The position numbers and the translations under genes were made by a program. Below are positions 18,312 through 27,659 of a stretch of DNA of 29,376 nt, one piece after another. The stretch comes from Desulfobacterales bacterium (GTDB lineage: Bacteria > Desulfobacterota > Desulfobacteria > Desulfobacterales > C00003106), in NCBI GenBank assembly GCA_030672555.1, contig DAOVGD010000040.1, positions 1 to 29,376 on the forward strand, given 5' to 3'. The notes beneath the pieces are model-generated. The model searched no databases and was not told the origin of the DNA. It saw only the letters and a list, made by a program, of their open reading frames with translations. The first letter of the stretch is position 1. The number at the start of each line of letters is the position of its first letter.

Positions 18312-18360
18312 ATTCGTTGAATCCGACTTTTTACGAGATCATCAAGATTGACCAATAACT

Positions 18361-18654
18361 GTGAAATTATCAATACAAGAAACCGGAAAAGGTGTTTTAT
18401 TTAAAGCGGTTATTCAACCCAGATCTTCCAAAAACATTATTGTAGGCATCCATGGTGATGCGTTAAAGATCAAATTGACGGCTCCCCCGGTTGAGGGCGC
18501 GGCGAACAAGCTTTGCGTCAAGTTCCTTGCATCCATATTAAAAGTATCCCCATCTGATATAGAGATTGTCAGCGGACAGAGCGGACGAAAGAAAAAGATC
18601 CTTGTTCATTCGGTAACTCGCAAGTATTTAGAGTCAAAACTATCCCTTATTTAA
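18361..18654 (+). CDS. DUF167 / YggU family protein
   Basis: IQPRSSKN...LKIKLTAPPVEGAANK...IVSGQSGRKK; GTG start. Confidence 0.9.
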   Translation: MKLSIQETGKGVLFKAVIQPRSSKNIIVGIHGDALKIKLTAPPVEGAANKLCVKFLASILKVSPSDIEIVSGQSGRKKKILVHSVTRKYLESKLSLI

Positions 18655-18695
18655 CCACTCGACCACTCGACTACTCGACCACTCGACCCGAAGCG
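18653..18695. repeat. Solo octamer arm (GACYACTC) with shortened terminal motif
   Basis: AACCACTC GACCACTC GACTACTC GACCACTC GACC, then CGAAGCG; overlaps the DUF167 stop. Confidence 0.85.
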
Positions 18696-18737
18696 TTTCC
18701 CTTGACTCCTTACTATCCTTTTGATAATCATTTTCAC

Positions 18738-21700
18738 ATGTCAACTTCTGATTTCATTCATCTCCATGTCCATACCGAATACAGCCTTTTGGATGGAGCA
18801 ATCCGTCTGGACGACCTGATTCATAAGGCAGAATCGTATGGGATGTCTGCCGTGACCATGACCGATCATGGAACCATGTTCGGTGCGCTGTCATTTTATA
18901 AAAAGGTATCTAAAGCAGGGATGCGGCCGATTATAGGGTGTGAGGTTTATGTTGCACCCAAGAGCCGATTTGATAAAAATCCTCATGATAAGTCCGGTGG
19001 GTCCTACCATCTTGTCTTGTTGGCACGAAACAAAAAAGGATATCAAAATCTTTGCCGGCTTGCCACCATCGCACAATTGGAAGGGTTTTATTACAAACCA
19101 CGTATAGACAAAGAAGTGCTTAGGGAACATAGCGAGGGGCTTATTGCATTGAGCGCATGTCTGCACGGCGAGATCCCTCGTCTTATACAGAAAGATCGTA
19201 TAGATCTGGCAAAGGAAGTAGCGCTCTTTTACCAGTCACTTTTTGGAGAGGGACGATTTTATCTGGAGGTACAGGCGAATGGGATTGCTGAACAGGAGAA
19301 GGTCAATGCAGCTCTGCTTGAGATGAGTCGGGAACTTTCAATCCCTCTTGTAGCCACCAACGACTGTCACTATCTTAATTCCCAGGATGTCCGGGCTCAC
19401 GAGATCCTTCTGTGTATTCAGACCGGAAAGACTATTCACGATGAAAAGCGGTTCAGATTCAGGACCGACCAGCTTTACTTTAAGTCTCCGGATGAGATGA
19501 AAAAAGATTTTGCAAGTTATCCGGGTGCCATAGAAAATTCGGTGCATATTGCCGGCCAATGCAATGTAGAACTTGAATTCGGAAAGTATCATTTTCCAAA
19601 ATTTCCAATTGACCCTGGTGAAACAGCGGCTGAAAGAATGGCCCGTAACGCAGAAACCGGGTTAAAACAACGGTTACAAGAGATAGGTGAGCGACACCAG
19701 GGGCCTGTAGATGAAGAACAGTACCGGAAGCGTTTAAGATATGAGATCGATGTAATCCAGAAGATGGGTTTCCCCGGCTATTTTTTGGTAGTTGCCGATT
19801 TTATACGTTATGCCAAAGAGGCAGGTGTTCCGGTAGGACCGGGTCGCGGCTCGGCTGCAGGGAGCTTGGTGGCCTATTCTCTCGGAATCACAGAACTCGA
19901 CCCCATCGAATACGGGCTGATCTTCGAACGGTTTTTGAACCCTGGAAGACAGAGTATGCCCGATATTGATGTGGATTTCTGTATGGATAAACGTGAGGCG
20001 GTTTTCAAGTATGTATTAGACAAATACGGCGGTCCTGATCACGTTGCTCAGATTATCACATTCGGAAAACTGCAGGCCCGCGCGGTGATCCGTGATGTGG
20101 GACGAGCCCTTGATATCCCCCTTCGAGAAGTCGACGTTATTGCCAAATTGATTCCTGATGTCCTGAAGATTACCATTGAGCAGGCGATTCAACAGGAGCC
20201 TAGACTGCGGAAGATGGAGCGGGAAGATCCCCGGGTAAAAGAACTTCTTTCCATTGCGCGTGTTTTGGAAGGGCTTCCCAGGCATGCATCCACGCATGCG
20301 GCAGGTGTCGTGATTTCAGGCAGACCGCTGGTCGAATATCTTCCCCTTTACAAAGGCTCAAAGGGTGAGGTGGTCACCCAGTATGACATGAAGTGTGTGG
20401 AGGCTATCGGGCTGATTAAGTTCGACTTTTTAGGGCTCCGCACATTGACCGTAATAGACCATGCCCTAAAGCTCATACGAGAAAGACATGGTAATGCCCC
20501 GGACATTTCCAGGCTTGATATGGAAGACACCAAGACCTTTGAGCTTTTGTGTGCGGGGAAGACCACCGGCGTATTTCAGCTGGAAAGTTCGGGCATGAAG
20601 GACATTTTGGTCAAGTTGAAGCCCGAATCGTTCAATGAGATCATTGCGCTGGTGGCCCTTTACAGGCCTGGACCGTTGGAAAGCGGAATGGTCGATGATT
20701 TTATTAAACGGAAACACGGCAAGGTGGAAGTCGCTTATCTTGTACCCGAGCTTGAACCTATCCTGAAAGATACCTATGGCGTTATCCTCTACCAGGAGCA
20801 GGCAATGAAAATAGCTTCTGTTCTTGCGAACTATTCCATGGCCGAGGCGGATAATCTCAGGAAGGCCATGGGCAAGAAGGTCTCAGAGATTATGGTACAG
20901 GAGAGGAAGCGCTTCTTAGAAGGGGCAAATGATAACGGAATTGATCTGAAAAAGGCCGAAGCCATATTCGATCTAATCGAAAAGTTCGGGGGGTACGGCT
21001 TTAATAAGTCACATAGCGCAGCATATGCACTTATCGTCTATCAGACCGCTTATCTAAAGGCCAACTATCCGATCGAGTTTATGGCATCCGTGCTTACCAG
21101 TGAAATGGGAACCACAGACAATGTGGTCAAGTATATTACCGAGTGTCGCAATCAGGGAATTCCCGTCCTTCCGCCTGACATTAATGAGAGTGGGAAGGAT
21201 TTTACAGTGGTGGAACAAAGTATTCGATTCGGACTTGCCGCGATAAAAAACGTGGGTGAGGGTGCGATCGAATCGATTATTGCTGCCAGAGAGACGGATG
21301 GCTCTTTTAAATCAATTTATGATTTTTGTGAGCGGGTTGATTTACGTAGGGTTAACAAACGGGTAGTTGAGAGCCTTATAAAATGCGGCGCTTTTGATTC
21401 CACAGGCGCAAAACGCTCACAGATGTTGTATGTGATGGAAGATGCCTTAGAGATCGGGCAGAAAAGGCAAAAAGACAGGATAAGCGGGCAATTTAACCTG
21501 TTCGGCGCTACAGCCCAGGAGGGCGGGGTACAGCCGACACTACCGGACATGGAGGAATGGCCGGAGAATCAACGATTAGCCTTTGAAAAAGAGACATTAG
21601 GTTTTTTCGTTACCGGCCACCCCTTGGCCAAGTATGAAAAGATCCTCTCCAAATATACCTCTGCTGATACGCTGAAAATTTTGGATTTTCCAGATGGCAG

Positions 21701-22214
21701 ACAGGTGAGAATCGGAGGAGTAGTAAGTAGCTTTAAGGTGATTACTGACCGAAAAGGGGGGAGGATGGCGTTTGTAACATTAGAGGATCTGCACGGCTTC
21801 GTGGAAGTGACCCTCTTTGCTTCGGTCTATGAGAAGGTATCGGAATTCATAGATACGGATGTCCCTATTTTGGTAGACGGTCATATAACCAAGGACGAAA
21901 AGTCAGTAAAAATATTAGCAGATTCCGTAAGCCCGCTTTCAAAAGCAGAAGAGCTGAGCGCCACAGCAGTAAATTTTAATATTGATGTAACAGGGATTGA
22001 TAAGGAGCAACTAAAAGAGTTTCGTTCAATATTGGGCAACTATAAAGGGGAATGCCCCGCCTTTATCAATCTGCGAATTCCACGAAAGTCAGAGACTGTA
22101 ATCGCGCTCCCCGATTCACTGAGAGTACAACCAGGACACGCGCTTTCCGAAGCAGTGGATCGTTATTTCGGGCAAGAAGTAGTTGAAATCGTGTTTCAAG
22201 GGACCGCTAAATGA
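18738..22214 (+). CDS. dnaE: DNA polymerase III alpha subunit
   Basis: PHP domain FIHLHVHTEYSLLDG, GPGRGSAAGSLVAY, MPDIDVDF, KFDFLGL, GYGFNKSHS and OB fold; ATG 18738 preferred over TTG 18702. Confidence 0.98.
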   Translation: MSTSDFIHLHVHTEYSLLDGAIRLDDLIHKAESYGMSAVTMTDHGTMFGALSFYKKVSKAGMRPIIGCEVYVAPKSRFDKNPHDKSGGSYHLVLLARNKKGYQNLCRLATIAQLEGFYYKPRIDKEVLREHSEGLIALSACLHGEIPRLIQKDRIDLAKEVALFYQSLFGEGRFYLEVQANGIAEQEKVNAALLEMSRELSIPLVATNDCHYLNSQDVRAHEILLCIQTGKTIHDEKRFRFRTDQLYFKSPDEMKKDFASYPGAIENSVHIAGQCNVELEFGKYHFPKFPIDPGETAAERMARNAETGLKQRLQEIGERHQGPVDEEQYRKRLRYEIDVIQKMGFPGYFLVVADFIRYAKEAGVPVGPGRGSAAGSLVAYSLGITELDPIEYGLIFERFLNPGRQSMPDIDVDFCMDKREAVFKYVLDKYGGPDHVAQIITFGKLQARAVIRDVGRALDIPLREVDVIAKLIPDVLKITIEQAIQQEPRLRKMEREDPRVKELLSIARVLEGLPRHASTHAAGVVISGRPLVEYLPLYKGSKGEVVTQYDMKCVEAIGLIKFDFLGLRTLTVIDHALKLIRERHGNAPDISRLDMEDTKTFELLCAGKTTGVFQLESSGMKDILVKLKPESFNEIIALVALYRPGPLESGMVDDFIKRKHGKVEVAYLVPELEPILKDTYGVILYQEQAMKIASVLANYSMAEADNLRKAMGKKVSEIMVQERKRFLEGANDNGIDLKKAEAIFDLIEKFGGYGFNKSHSAAYALIVYQTAYLKANYPIEFMASVLTSEMGTTDNVVKYITECRNQGIPVLPPDINESGKDFTVVEQSIRFGLAAIKNVGEGAIESIIAARETDGSFKSIYDFCERVDLRRVNKRVVESLIKCGAFDSTGAKRSQMLYVMEDALEIGQKRQKDRISGQFNLFGATAQEGGVQPTLPDMEEWPENQRLAFEKETLGFFVTGHPLAKYEKILSKYTSADTLKILDFPDGRQVRIGGVVSSFKVITDRKGGRMAFVTLEDLHGFVEVTLFASVYEKVSEFIDTDVPILVDGHITKDEKSVKILADSVSPLSKAEELSATAVNFNIDVTGIDKEQLKEFRSILGNYKGECPAFINLRIPRKSETVIALPDSLRVQPGHALSEAVDRYFGQEVVEIVFQGTAK

Positions 22215-22942
22215 AAGCCTACACTGAGAGAACATATCGGAATATTATTTCTGAAAACAAGCTTACATCGTTTCGGGTCGTTGTCAAGGAGACCGATCTG
22301 TTGGTGAGAGCGGATCGGGAATTGGTAGCTGAAACAGAAAAAAGTGTTATAAGGCATCGTAGACTTATAGAGGAATATATGGATCGATTCCCCTCTTTTT
22401 TACATACATTGACTCCCTTTCCGGATGACCAATTTGCGCCTCCTGTTGTTCGGGACATGGTCGAGGCGGGAAAGCTTGCCGGTGTGGGCCCAATGGCATC
22501 TGTTGCGGGTGCAATTGCAGAATGGGTTGGACGTGATCTTTTAAATTATTCCCAAGAGATTGTCGTGGAGAATGGTGGGGATATTTTTATAAAAACAGAC
22601 AAGCCGTTTACGGCGGGAATTTTTGCCGGGTCCTCACCGTTGAGTAATAAAGTGGGGCTCGAAATAGACCCCGGAGATAAGCAGATTGCGGTCTGTACTT
22701 CTTCCGGAACAGTGGGACATTCTCTTAGTATGGGTAAATCTGATGCCGTAACAGTGGTGTCTCGTTCCGCATCCCTGGCAGATGCGACCGCTACCGCTGT
22801 CGGGAATCTGATTTCTGATAAAAAGGCTATAGACAAGGGGCTAACATTTGCGGAGTCGATCGCAGGGGTAATAGGCGTTGTAATTGTGGTCGGCGACAGA
22901 CTCGGTGTAAGGGGGGATCTGAAGCTGGTACGGACTGGTTGA
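22211..22942 (+). CDS. UPF0280 family (ApbE-like) protein
   Basis: ETDLLV, VGPMASVAGAI, ENGGDI, CTSSGTVGHSLS and ADATATA motifs; ATGA overlap with dnaE. Confidence 0.9.
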   Translation: MKAYTERTYRNIISENKLTSFRVVVKETDLLVRADRELVAETEKSVIRHRRLIEEYMDRFPSFLHTLTPFPDDQFAPPVVRDMVEAGKLAGVGPMASVAGAIAEWVGRDLLNYSQEIVVENGGDIFIKTDKPFTAGIFAGSSPLSNKVGLEIDPGDKQIAVCTSSGTVGHSLSMGKSDAVTVVSRSASLADATATAVGNLISDKKAIDKGLTFAESIAGVIGVVIVVGDRLGVRGDLKLVRTG

Positions 22943-23060
22943 GTCGTCGAATGGTCAAATGGTTGAGTGGTTTGTTTCTAACAACTTGACGACTTGACGA
23001 TTTGACCACTTGACCATTTAACGACTTGACCGCTTAACCAATTGCGAAACGAAGTGGAGC
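22933..23060. repeat. Inverted octamer-arm element (GAGTnGTY family) with terminal motif
   Basis: Five left units 22933-22972, eight right units 22980-23043, and TTGCGAAACGAAGTGGAGC 23042-23060; contains the UPF0280 stop. Confidence 0.9.
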
Positions 23061-23078
23061 AATTTTCTCGGAGGAAAT

Positions 23079-23462
23079 ATGAAGAAATTTAAACTGATAC
23101 TCTTGTTGATTATTGCCGCCTTTATAGGCCTTTTTGTATATCAAAATTTGGCGGTTTTTACACATCTCTTTGACTTGAAACTCAATATCGGGATTAAGCG
23201 CTACGAGATGCTTAATATTCAATCTTCTCTTATCCTTTTAAGTTTGTTTCTGCTTGGATTTTTACTTGCCTATTTTCTCAGCCTGGGAGAACGTTTGAAA
23301 GCAAGAAGGGCTCTGAAGTCGAACAGTGAGAAGATAAAGGACCTGGAAGAAGAGTTAAATATGCTTAAGGGCGTGTCTGCAACCGTTGAAAGCGCCACAG
23401 ATGAAGATACTGCACCGGAAGACGTTGTTTCTGAAGAGCCTCCCTCAGAAGGAAGAACTTAG
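23079..23462 (+). CDS. LapA-domain (DUF1049-like) membrane protein
   Basis: Two hydrophobic helices with the FVYQN motif, then coiled coil and an acidic tail; GGAGG Shine-Dalgarno. Confidence 0.7.
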   Translation: MKKFKLILLLIIAAFIGLFVYQNLAVFTHLFDLKLNIGIKRYEMLNIQSSLILLSLFLLGFLLAYFLSLGERLKARRALKSNSEKIKDLEEELNMLKGVSATVESATDEDTAPEDVVSEEPPSEGRT

Positions 23463-23471
23463 GGGGACAAA

Positions 23472-23498
23472 ATGGAGTAATGGACTCCAATACTCCAT
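23472..23498. repeat. Minimal collapsed element with GGAGTAAT-type units
   Basis: ATGGAGTAATGGA-C-TCCAATACTCCAT: a 12/13 inverted repeat around a 1-nt centre. Confidence 0.75.
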
Positions 23499-23564
23499 GT
23501 CCATGGCAGAAACACGCTATTTCAATAAGCTTAAAAATTTGTAAGCATTTAAAAGTGTCCGTCC

Positions 23565-26180
23565 ATGTCGGTTAAAATCACTCCAATGGTACAGCAGTAC
23601 CATTCTATAAAAAAGGAGTATCCTGACGCACTCCTTTTTTATAGAATGGGCGATTTTTATGAGATGTTCTTTGAAGATGCTGAGATTGCCTCCCGTATCC
23701 TCGACATTACCTTAACATCCCGAAATAAAAAAGATGACAAACCTATTCCAATGTGTGGAGTCCCATATCACGCCGCACAGAGATATATTGCGCGCTTGAT
23801 AGAGAATGGATACAAGGTTGCTGTCTGTGAACAGGTCGAAGATCCACGTCAAGCAAAAGGGCTAGTAAAGCGGGATGTGGTCCGTGTAGTGACTCCGGGT
23901 GTGGTTATTGATACGGAACTATTGGATGCCAAATCAAACAATTTTATTATGGCGCTGTTCCGTTACAAAGGTTATTTTGGGCTTGCTTGTCTTGACATCT
24001 CTACTGGTGACTTTCGAGTAACCGAGTCGGATTCCTTCAATGCTGTCGTTGACGAGTCTTTGCGTATAGATCCGAGCGAGATTCTTATTCCAGGATCGAT
24101 TCGAGAGGATTCGGAAATCAAGGTCCTTCTATCCTATTTGAACGAAAGAACGGTCTCTCTATTAGACGATTCCCTGTTTGAATTAGATAGAGCTCAAACC
24201 GCACTTTTAAAACAATTCAATACCCATTCCCTGGAGGGGTTCGGATGTGATGAAATGCATGCGGGGATCTCGGCTGCAGGAGCCCTTTTTCAATATATTC
24301 ACGAAACGCAAAAGGGTATAGTCCCGCATGTCAATCATATTGTCGCATATTTTCTTGCGGACTATATGGTGCTGGATGATACCACAAAGAGAAACCTGGA
24401 ACTTTTTGAGACCATACGTACCCGTTCAAGGACAGGAACACTCCTTTGGGTACTTGATAAGACCATGACTTCCATGGGTGGTCGGATGATTCGTCAATGG
24501 TTGAATTATCCTCTCCTTGACGCGGAAAAGTTAAGGCTCCGGCTGGACGCAGTGGAAGAGGCAAAGGAAAATATAACATTGCGTGGGGCACTGCGTGATG
24601 CACTTTCAGGTGTTTATGACCTGGAGCGTCTGAACTCGAGAATTGTCTTAGCTCACTCCAATGCCCGGGATCTTATTGCCCTGAAGCGTTCTGTTAGAAA
24701 AATCCCGGAGATTAGCACCTTGATAGAAACATTTCAATCCGATCTGTTTCGGCAAATCCAGATAGAGTTGGATGACCTGGCCGATGTGGGGGATATGATC
24801 GAAGAGTCGATTTGCGATGACCCGCCACATACCATTCATGAAGGTGGGATGATCAAGCCCGGGTGCAATGCAGAGCTGGATGAGATTGTAAGTATCTGTA
24901 AAGGCGGCAAAGAGTGGATCGCGAGTTTAGAAGCAAAGGAGCGGGAGACAACCGGAATAAATTCATTAAAAGTCGGTTTTAATAAGGTCTTTGGATACTA
25001 TATTGAAGTTTCAAAAACCCATATCAAATCAGTTCCTTCTTATTACGTTCGCAGGCAGACATTGGTGAATGCAGAGAGATATATTACAGAAGACCTAAAG
25101 AGATACGAAACTAAGGTGTTAACTGCCGAGGAGAGACGGGCTGCGCTGGAATATGACCTCTTTAATGGAATAAGGGGAAAGATAATACAAAACAACCTCC
25201 GAATTCAAAAGACCGCAACTCTGTTGGCAAAGTTGGATGTCCTTTGTTCTTTAGCAGAGGTGGCGGACAAAAATGGTTACGTAAAACCGGGGATCAAGGA
25301 AGACGGAATACTCTTTATGGAAGATGTCCGTCATCCGGTGATCGAGAAGATGATGGCAGGGGAACGGTTCGTTCCCAACACAATAAAGATGGATGATGAA
25401 GACCGGCAGGTCTTGATTGTTACGGGCCCTAATATGGCCGGCAAATCAACGATCTTACGTCAGGTTGCGTTAGTGGTGTTGATGGCACAGGTCGGCTCGT
25501 TTGTCCCTGCCGAATCTGCTTCCCTAAGTATTGTAGATCGTATATTTACACGAGTCGGAGCGCTTGACAACTTGGGGCAGGGAGAGAGTACTTTTATGGT
25601 GGAAATGCAGGAGACTGCCAGGATTTTGAATGCTGCTACAGAAAAAAGCCTGATTATACTTGATGAGATCGGAAGGGGGACCAGTACCTTTGACGGGCTT
25701 AGTATCGCATGGGCTGTTGCCGAATACCTTCATGACAGGAAGGGGAGGGGTATTAAAACCATTTTTGCCACCCATTATCATGAACTGACCGATCTTGCCG
25801 CTACCAAGTCGCGAGTAAAAAATTACAATGTTGCTGTAAGAGAGTGGAATGGGGAGATCATTTTTTTAAGAAAGCTGATCGAAGGCGGAACAAATAGAAG
25901 TTATGGAATCCAAGTAGCAAGGTTGGCCGGCATTCCCAAAGATGTTGTAGAAAGAGCAAAAGAGGTCCTCAAAAATATTGAAAAAGGCGAGCTGAACGAA
26001 GAAGGAGAACCAAACATTGCTCGCTCCAAAAAAAGACCGAAAAAACATGCTGATGTGCAGTTAACACTTTTTAAAACTTCCAATCATGCATTGGTGGATA
26101 AACTGGAACAGATAGACGTTTCCAACACGACACCTCTTGAAGCTCTAAATGTGCTGAATGAATTAAAGCAGATGATTTAA
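23565..26180 (+). CDS. mutS: DNA mismatch repair protein MutS
   Basis: TPMVQQY, FYRMGDFYEMF, PMCGVP, TGPNMAGKST, STFMVEM, DEIGRGTST, FATHYHEL and SYGIQVA motifs. Confidence 0.98.
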   Translation: MSVKITPMVQQYHSIKKEYPDALLFYRMGDFYEMFFEDAEIASRILDITLTSRNKKDDKPIPMCGVPYHAAQRYIARLIENGYKVAVCEQVEDPRQAKGLVKRDVVRVVTPGVVIDTELLDAKSNNFIMALFRYKGYFGLACLDISTGDFRVTESDSFNAVVDESLRIDPSEILIPGSIREDSEIKVLLSYLNERTVSLLDDSLFELDRAQTALLKQFNTHSLEGFGCDEMHAGISAAGALFQYIHETQKGIVPHVNHIVAYFLADYMVLDDTTKRNLELFETIRTRSRTGTLLWVLDKTMTSMGGRMIRQWLNYPLLDAEKLRLRLDAVEEAKENITLRGALRDALSGVYDLERLNSRIVLAHSNARDLIALKRSVRKIPEISTLIETFQSDLFRQIQIELDDLADVGDMIEESICDDPPHTIHEGGMIKPGCNAELDEIVSICKGGKEWIASLEAKERETTGINSLKVGFNKVFGYYIEVSKTHIKSVPSYYVRRQTLVNAERYITEDLKRYETKVLTAEERRAALEYDLFNGIRGKIIQNNLRIQKTATLLAKLDVLCSLAEVADKNGYVKPGIKEDGILFMEDVRHPVIEKMMAGERFVPNTIKMDDEDRQVLIVTGPNMAGKSTILRQVALVVLMAQVGSFVPAESASLSIVDRIFTRVGALDNLGQGESTFMVEMQETARILNAATEKSLIILDEIGRGTSTFDGLSIAWAVAEYLHDRKGRGIKTIFATHYHELTDLAATKSRVKNYNVAVREWNGEIIFLRKLIEGGTNRSYGIQVARLAGIPKDVVERAKEVLKNIEKGELNEEGEPNIARSKKRPKKHADVQLTLFKTSNHALVDKLEQIDVSNTTPLEALNVLNELKQMI

Positions 26181-26255
26181 CAGGGCATCTGGACAATATG
26201 TAGTTAATATGATATATCGATTCACAACATCTTGTATGTTTTATTGGGGGGTATC

Positions 26256-26765
26256 TTGAGAGAGGTTGCATCCTGTTATCGTATTTTTGGACTGGATGAA
26301 AGAGCGACATTTAATGATATTAAATTGGCCTACCGAAAATTGGCAAAGAGGTATCATCCGGATATTGTCTCAAACAGAAATGGATCTAACAATTTTGCAG
26401 GCGTGGAAAGACTCAAAAAGATCAATAGCGCCTATGACTATCTCCGACGCAGACATATTGAAAGTAGACGTAATCTCTACTCAGGATGGTTGGGATTTAG
26501 CATCATTATGGGAAGGTTCAACAATAAGACGTGTCCAGTGGTATCTCACGTGTCGGAATGCTCTCCGGCAGTGCTCGCAGGGCTTTGTGTTGATGATTAT
26601 ATAATCGGTTTTAATGATTGTAACACACTTGGAATGGCAAGGGAGGAGATCGTTAAGATTTTTTCAGGAAAAGCCGGAATTCCGGTAAAAATGAAGGTTT
26701 ATCGTAAAACCAAAGAAACTATATACACGCTATATGCAATACGTCTACCGCGTCCTCATCGTTAG
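26256..26765 (+). CDS. J-domain (DnaJ-like) plus PDZ-like domain protein
   Basis: IKLAYRKLAKRYHPD J-domain; C-terminal GWLGFSI...SPAVLAGL...DDYII...G...PVKMKVYR PDZ-like pattern. The ORF opens at 26232; TTG 26256 follows GGGGG. Confidence 0.7.
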   Translation: MREVASCYRIFGLDERATFNDIKLAYRKLAKRYHPDIVSNRNGSNNFAGVERLKKINSAYDYLRRRHIESRRNLYSGWLGFSIIMGRFNNKTCPVVSHVSECSPAVLAGLCVDDYIIGFNDCNTLGMAREEIVKIFSGKAGIPVKMKVYRKTKETIYTLYAIRLPRPHR

Positions 26766-26870
26766 TCGAGTAGTCAAGGTTAGTCGAGTAGTCAAATCGT
26801 TAAGTGGTCAAGTCGTTAAATTTTACCTGCCTGACCATTTGACCACTCGACTACTCAACCACTTGACCAA
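26761..26870. repeat. Inverted octamer-arm element (GAGTnGTY family) between convergent genes
   Basis: GTTAGTCGAGTAGTCAA twice (26761-26777, 26779-26795), further left units to 26820, right units 26833-26870. Confidence 0.85.
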
Positions 26871-26876
26871 TAAAAG

Positions 26877-27188
26877 TTACGCAAAGTCGTCAAACATTGT
26901 GCCTACAATCTTTTCCGCAACTTTATCATGATCTATCTTATAGGTATTATTATTGACTTGTGTCTTTATGGCCTCTACTTTTTCTGCCCTTATATCAGTT
27001 GTTTCTTCAACAGCCTTTTGGGCGATTTGAACTTCCTTAGAGGCTTGTGACAAATTGACAACAGCATCTGTGTTAGGTGCATTACCCGTATTCTGGATAG
27101 ATTTTTTATCCGTTTCCACTTCCTGGTTTGCTGTTGTTTTGTCGATATATTTATTGGCTTCGTAGCCTATACCGTTTGTTATCTTCAT
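26877..27188 (-). CDS. flgM: Anti-sigma28 factor FlgM
   Basis: DAVVNLSQASKE...DIRAEKVEAIKTQV...YKIDHDKVAEKI; AGGAGGT Shine-Dalgarno; sigma28 promoter upstream of the operon. Confidence 0.88.
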   Translation of the reverse strand: MKITNGIGYEANKYIDKTTANQEVETDKKSIQNTGNAPNTDAVVNLSQASKEVQIAQKAVEETTDIRAEKVEAIKTQVNNNTYKIDHDKVAEKIVGTMFDDFA

Positions 27189-27217
27189 TTCACACCTCCT
27201 GACCCTGGAGCCCCTCC

Positions 27218-27640
27218 TTATGAGAACATATTGTCATCGATCCTGCTTTTTGCGATTTCTTCTAATCGTTGTTTCAAAAAATCAGAGTCTTCCGAAGAGA
27301 CAACTTCAATTGTCTCATTTTTCTGTTTGTCAATTACCTTGAAAACCAACTTGTTAGTTGACTCGTCCTTCACCACACTGAGGTTTCTTCCATATTCCTC
27401 TTCCAATTCCTTAAGTGTATTAGCCTCGATATCATTACTGGGGCCTGAATGAGCTATTTTATCAACAACTTCTGCTGCCAGCTTCTTAATAATAGCAGTT
27501 CTTTTCCCCTCAGTAGAAATATCAATCTTGTCTTGAGGACTCTCCGTTGAAGGAAGCTGTCGTTTTAGAGTTTTGCCTTGACGAAGCTGTTTCCCATAGA
27601 CCCTCAATACATTTTGTATTTGATAGGTAGATATAGTCAT
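27218..27640 (-). CDS. FlgM-associated protein (DVU0524-like family)
   Basis: N-terminus MTISTYQIQNVLRVYGKQL; cotranscribed upstream of flgM. Confidence 0.7.
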   Translation of the reverse strand: MTISTYQIQNVLRVYGKQLRQGKTLKRQLPSTESPQDKIDISTEGKRTAIIKKLAAEVVDKIAHSGPSNDIEANTLKELEEEYGRNLSVVKDESTNKLVFKVIDKQKNETIEVVSSEDSDFLKQRLEEIAKSRIDDNMFS

Positions 27641-27659
27641 GGAATTCCTCCTGACTATG

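Larger units (their letters stand above)
18135..18345. mobile_element. MITE-like palindromic element with 21-bp terminal inverted repeats
   Basis: TTGATGGTTTCGTAAAAAGTC 18135-18155 versus GACTTTTTACGAGATCATCAA 18325-18345 (19/21; both mismatches are G-T pairs). Mobility is inferred. Confidence 0.65.

Noticed and set aside
18702-18740. TTGACT-N15-GATAAT as a promoter for a near-leaderless dnaE transcript
   Set aside because: Short spacer and non-consensus -10; cannot be supported without TSS data.
26734-26931. 65-aa ORF, and likewise 22827-23009
   Set aside because: Derived from the octamer arms and overlapping real genes.
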